Below, in pieces: positions 61,039-64,000 of a stretch of 64,000 bases of DNA. Positions within the stretch are counted from its first letter, which is position 1. Every line of letters starts with the position of its first letter. The position numbers and the translations under genes were made by a program. This DNA comes from Mustelus asterias. Its lineage: Eukaryota. A model generated the notes under the pieces. It made no database searches, had not been told where the DNA came from, and saw nothing but the letters and a program-made list of their open reading frames with translations. Location: assembly GCF_964213995.1 (NCBI RefSeq), contig NC_135802.1, forward strand, positions 42,842,001-42,906,000, written 5' to 3'.

Positions 61039-62133
61039 GGGCCCGATTTTACCATTTTCATTCTAAGTGCTGAATCTGGGTGCAATTCAGATCCGTTCTC
61101 AGAAATCTGTTCTCAGGCTCCCCCATACGCACTTAGCCTGAAAAAATCTCGAGTCCAAATTGCGCTGTGGGTGGGGCTTATCGTGCCCGAAACGCCGCTG
61201 GTCTGATCGGAGCCTTCAACTGTGCATGAGCTGTGAAAAAAAAATTGAAAAACACGCCCCTTTCACATCGCTCCCAGAAAGCAAAAAGCGGATAAAGCGG
61301 CCCAGGAGCAAAAAGCAGGAGCAACGGCCCCCCCCAGACATCGCTCCACCCACACAATATAACTGTCCTCCTTATCCACCCATCCCCAGGCTATCCAGAC
61401 CAATCGCGACCCCCTGCCCCCTTTCCCCCCCCACTGATTGCCCACAGAGTGGCAGCGGAGCCCTGTTCCCCCCACCGATCGTCTGCTGAGTGGCAGCTGA
61501 CCCCTCCTGTCCCTGCCTCCCCGCTATCCCCACCAGAGAACAATCTGGCCTGCCTCCCTCCCCTCACCCCCCCCCCCCCCCCCCCCCCCCCCACCAGGGA
61601 ATGATCTGGTCTCCCTCCATCCACCCGGCAAGAGATACATCTGGCCCTCCTCCTCTCCCCCCCGCCTCCCCCCGCCCCCCCACCAGAGAGTGATCTGGCC
61701 TCCTCCTCCCCCCCCCCCAACCAGAGAATGATCTGGCCCGCCCTCCCCCACCCCCCACCCCCCCACCACTGATCTGAGTCAGAGAGCCGCCAGAAACTCT
61801 GAACTTACCTCTTCAGAAGCTGGAGCGCCCGAAACAGACCTTTGCCGAGCAGGTCTGTTTTGCGCCAAATCTGGATGGGTGAACGCGATGGTAAAGGGAG
61901 AAATGCAGGTAAAGTTGGGCGTCCAGCTCATTAAATCAATTTAAATGCATGCAAATGCATTTAAATTGACGTCACGCCCGAAACGGGCACAGTTCGGATC
62001 GCGACCATTTTCGGGCCTTGGTAAAGTGGGCACCTGCGCAGACACAGGCACGGATTGCGCTAATCGCCTCACACCCGACTTTACCAAGTTTTCGTGCCCG
62101 AAAAAGGGTGCAACGCAATGTAAAATTGGGCAT
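61039..62133. mobile_element. About 1.1-kb non-autonomous PIF/Harbinger-like DNA transposon
   Basis: TIR gggcccgattttacca with a degraded right TIR atgtaaaattgggcat; 3-bp TSD AGT; reverse homolog of 55088-56039. Confidence 0.8.
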
Positions 62134-63496
62134 AGTATGTTTTATATGTAAAGAGCTGTGTCTTTTCTAACCCTTGGAATGTGTGTTCCAATTAAATAAT
62201 TCAGCAGCAACTTTTTTGAGTTTGAAATAAAGGAAGTTATTTATTCTCACACTTACCTGAAATTCGTGCAATGTCGCACACTGCTTCACACACACAAATA
62301 TCGGTTACAGATAAAGATAGTCCACTTTTACAGATAACAGTTAACTCAGTCTCTGCTTTACAATTTCAGTCTCCCACGTGGCAGGCTTGTGATTTCTTGA
62401 ATGGTTTTGATCATTTAAAGTTGAAGTGAGGGTCTTGTAAAGTGAAGGGTTCATAGAAAGCTGTGTGGCTTCTTGCAGTCAATTACCCGGGAGGTTGCTT
62501 CTCAGGCGAACTTTTAAACTGGAACAGATTAAGTACTTTGGCTGCTTGGATGACTTGCAGCTGGTTCTCAAACTGGCTGATGGTTGGTGGATCCTGGGGT
62601 AATAAGTGTATGGTCCCTGAAATTAGCTTTGATCACATGACTACTGGGTTAACACTTCTGAGGCCCACTCAGTCTAGTTTGAATGGAGGGGACCATTGCA
62701 GTAGAATGTTGATAGTAGCCATTGAGTTCCGATCTTCCCTTTTGCCCAATATGAAACATAGAGGCAGAAATGTGGAAACTCCATTCGCCCATCCTTAAAC
62801 AATAAGATGTGTAAATTCAACAAATGGCTGTGAGGAACTGTCCCCTATGACCATGTTTAATTAGCTATTTGCTGGAGACTTGATAATATTGGTAGTACAG
62901 ATGTCAAAAATCAAGTGATTTTTAGCAGTCATCTTAACAGCTTGTTTGTGTCCAATTTTTAAAAGTATTGACTGAAAGGATTCTAAGAAAGAGAAAGTTT
63001 AAAATATGACATGCCCATACTGGGCATAACAAGAAGCATTGTCAAACAAGGAATGTGAGGGAAGATCACAAGAAGTAGGGGTAACACACACATTGCGGCT
63101 GGGCAGGCCAGAGAATAGGGACCTCCTGAATCCCCTTATCTGAAAAGTTACAAAAACTGCCTCAGCTTTAACAATCCTTGTTAACCCATCATCACTTCCT
63201 TATTTTTACATTAAAGAACTTCAAATTCAGCCAATCTCTATGCCAATGAGACAGCTCCTAACTTGAACTCTTTATATATATCTCCGTAATTTTTGTAGTT
63301 AATGAATATATACTGTGGACCCACTTAAGACTACAAAGAGTTCAGTAAGACCTGCTGAATGGTATCCGACACCTTACAACACTCACCAGTGCAGGGTGAT
63401 TCTTTACATGGAGATCCTTCCGACTCACTCTCTTACCCAGGTGCAAGAGCAATTTCTGTGTTGGTGTTTAGGAGTGATGCAGCACATGATGTACAC

Positions 63497-64000
63497 AGGC
63501 AGCATGGTGGCACAGTGGTTAGCACTGCTGCCTCACAGCGCCAGAGGCCCGGGTTCAATTCCAGCCTCGGGTCACTGTCTGTGTGGAGTTTACATTCTCC
63601 CTGTGTCTGCGTGGGTTTCCTCCGGGTGCTCCGGTTTTCTCCCACAGTCCAAAGATGTAATGTTCTATGTTCTATGTGTGGGTTAGGTTGATTGGCCATG
63701 CTAAATTGACCCTTAGTGTCAGGGGATTAGCAGAGTAAATATGTGGGGTTACGGGAATAGGGCCTGGGTGGGATTGTGGTTGGTGCAGACTCGATGGGCT
63801 GAATGGCCTCCTTCTGCACTGCAGGGATTCTATGATGATTGTGCCTCTTAAGAAGGACTCTCTCTTTCTCCCTTGATTTTGAGGAGGACCTGGAAGAGCA
63901 AGGGGGGAAAAAAACAAGATTTATTATGGCGGCACGGTGGCACAGTGGTTAGCACTGCTGCCTCACAATTCCAGGGACCCAGATTTGATTCCAGCTTTGG
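63497..64000 (+). mobile_element. Two HE1-like V-SINEs (63497-63836, and a partial copy from 63927 to the window end)
   Basis: Consensus heads ggcacagtggttagcactgctgcctcaca. Confidence 0.88.

Overview
Eukaryotic, repeat-dense vertebrate DNA, almost certainly a shark or other elasmobranch. The evidence is about 20 HE1-like V-SINEs, many CR1 LINE fragments, a DeuSINE, Penelope-like elements, a Rex1/Babar-type LINE, PIF/Harbinger-type MITEs and short solo LTRs. Only one host gene is clearly supported: a single-coding-exon THNSL1-like gene (shikimate-kinase-like domain plus PLP-dependent threonine synthase fold) on the minus strand at 13519-15744, with a likely CpG promoter or first exon near 32.0-32.2 kb. 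Nearly all other ORFs in the track are retroelement fragments or their antisense shadows. Most interesting observations: (i) five TSD-flanked fold-back Penelope insertions, the two largest carrying paired minimal hammerhead ribozyme motifs and one nested in a second Penelope palindrome; (ii) a THNSL1-like protein that keeps its PLP lysine but is eroded at several usually conserved motifs; (iii) a LINE with a tRNA-like head whose two ends together make up an abundant SINE; (iv) an ACUAAC-rich array in the putative first intron; (v) a perfect 75-bp inverted duplication in an otherwise decayed element. No prokaryotic features, CRISPR array or true rRNA/tRNA genes were seen. Family names come from recognising motifs by eye, not from database searches, and repeat boundaries are approximate unless a TSD is given.
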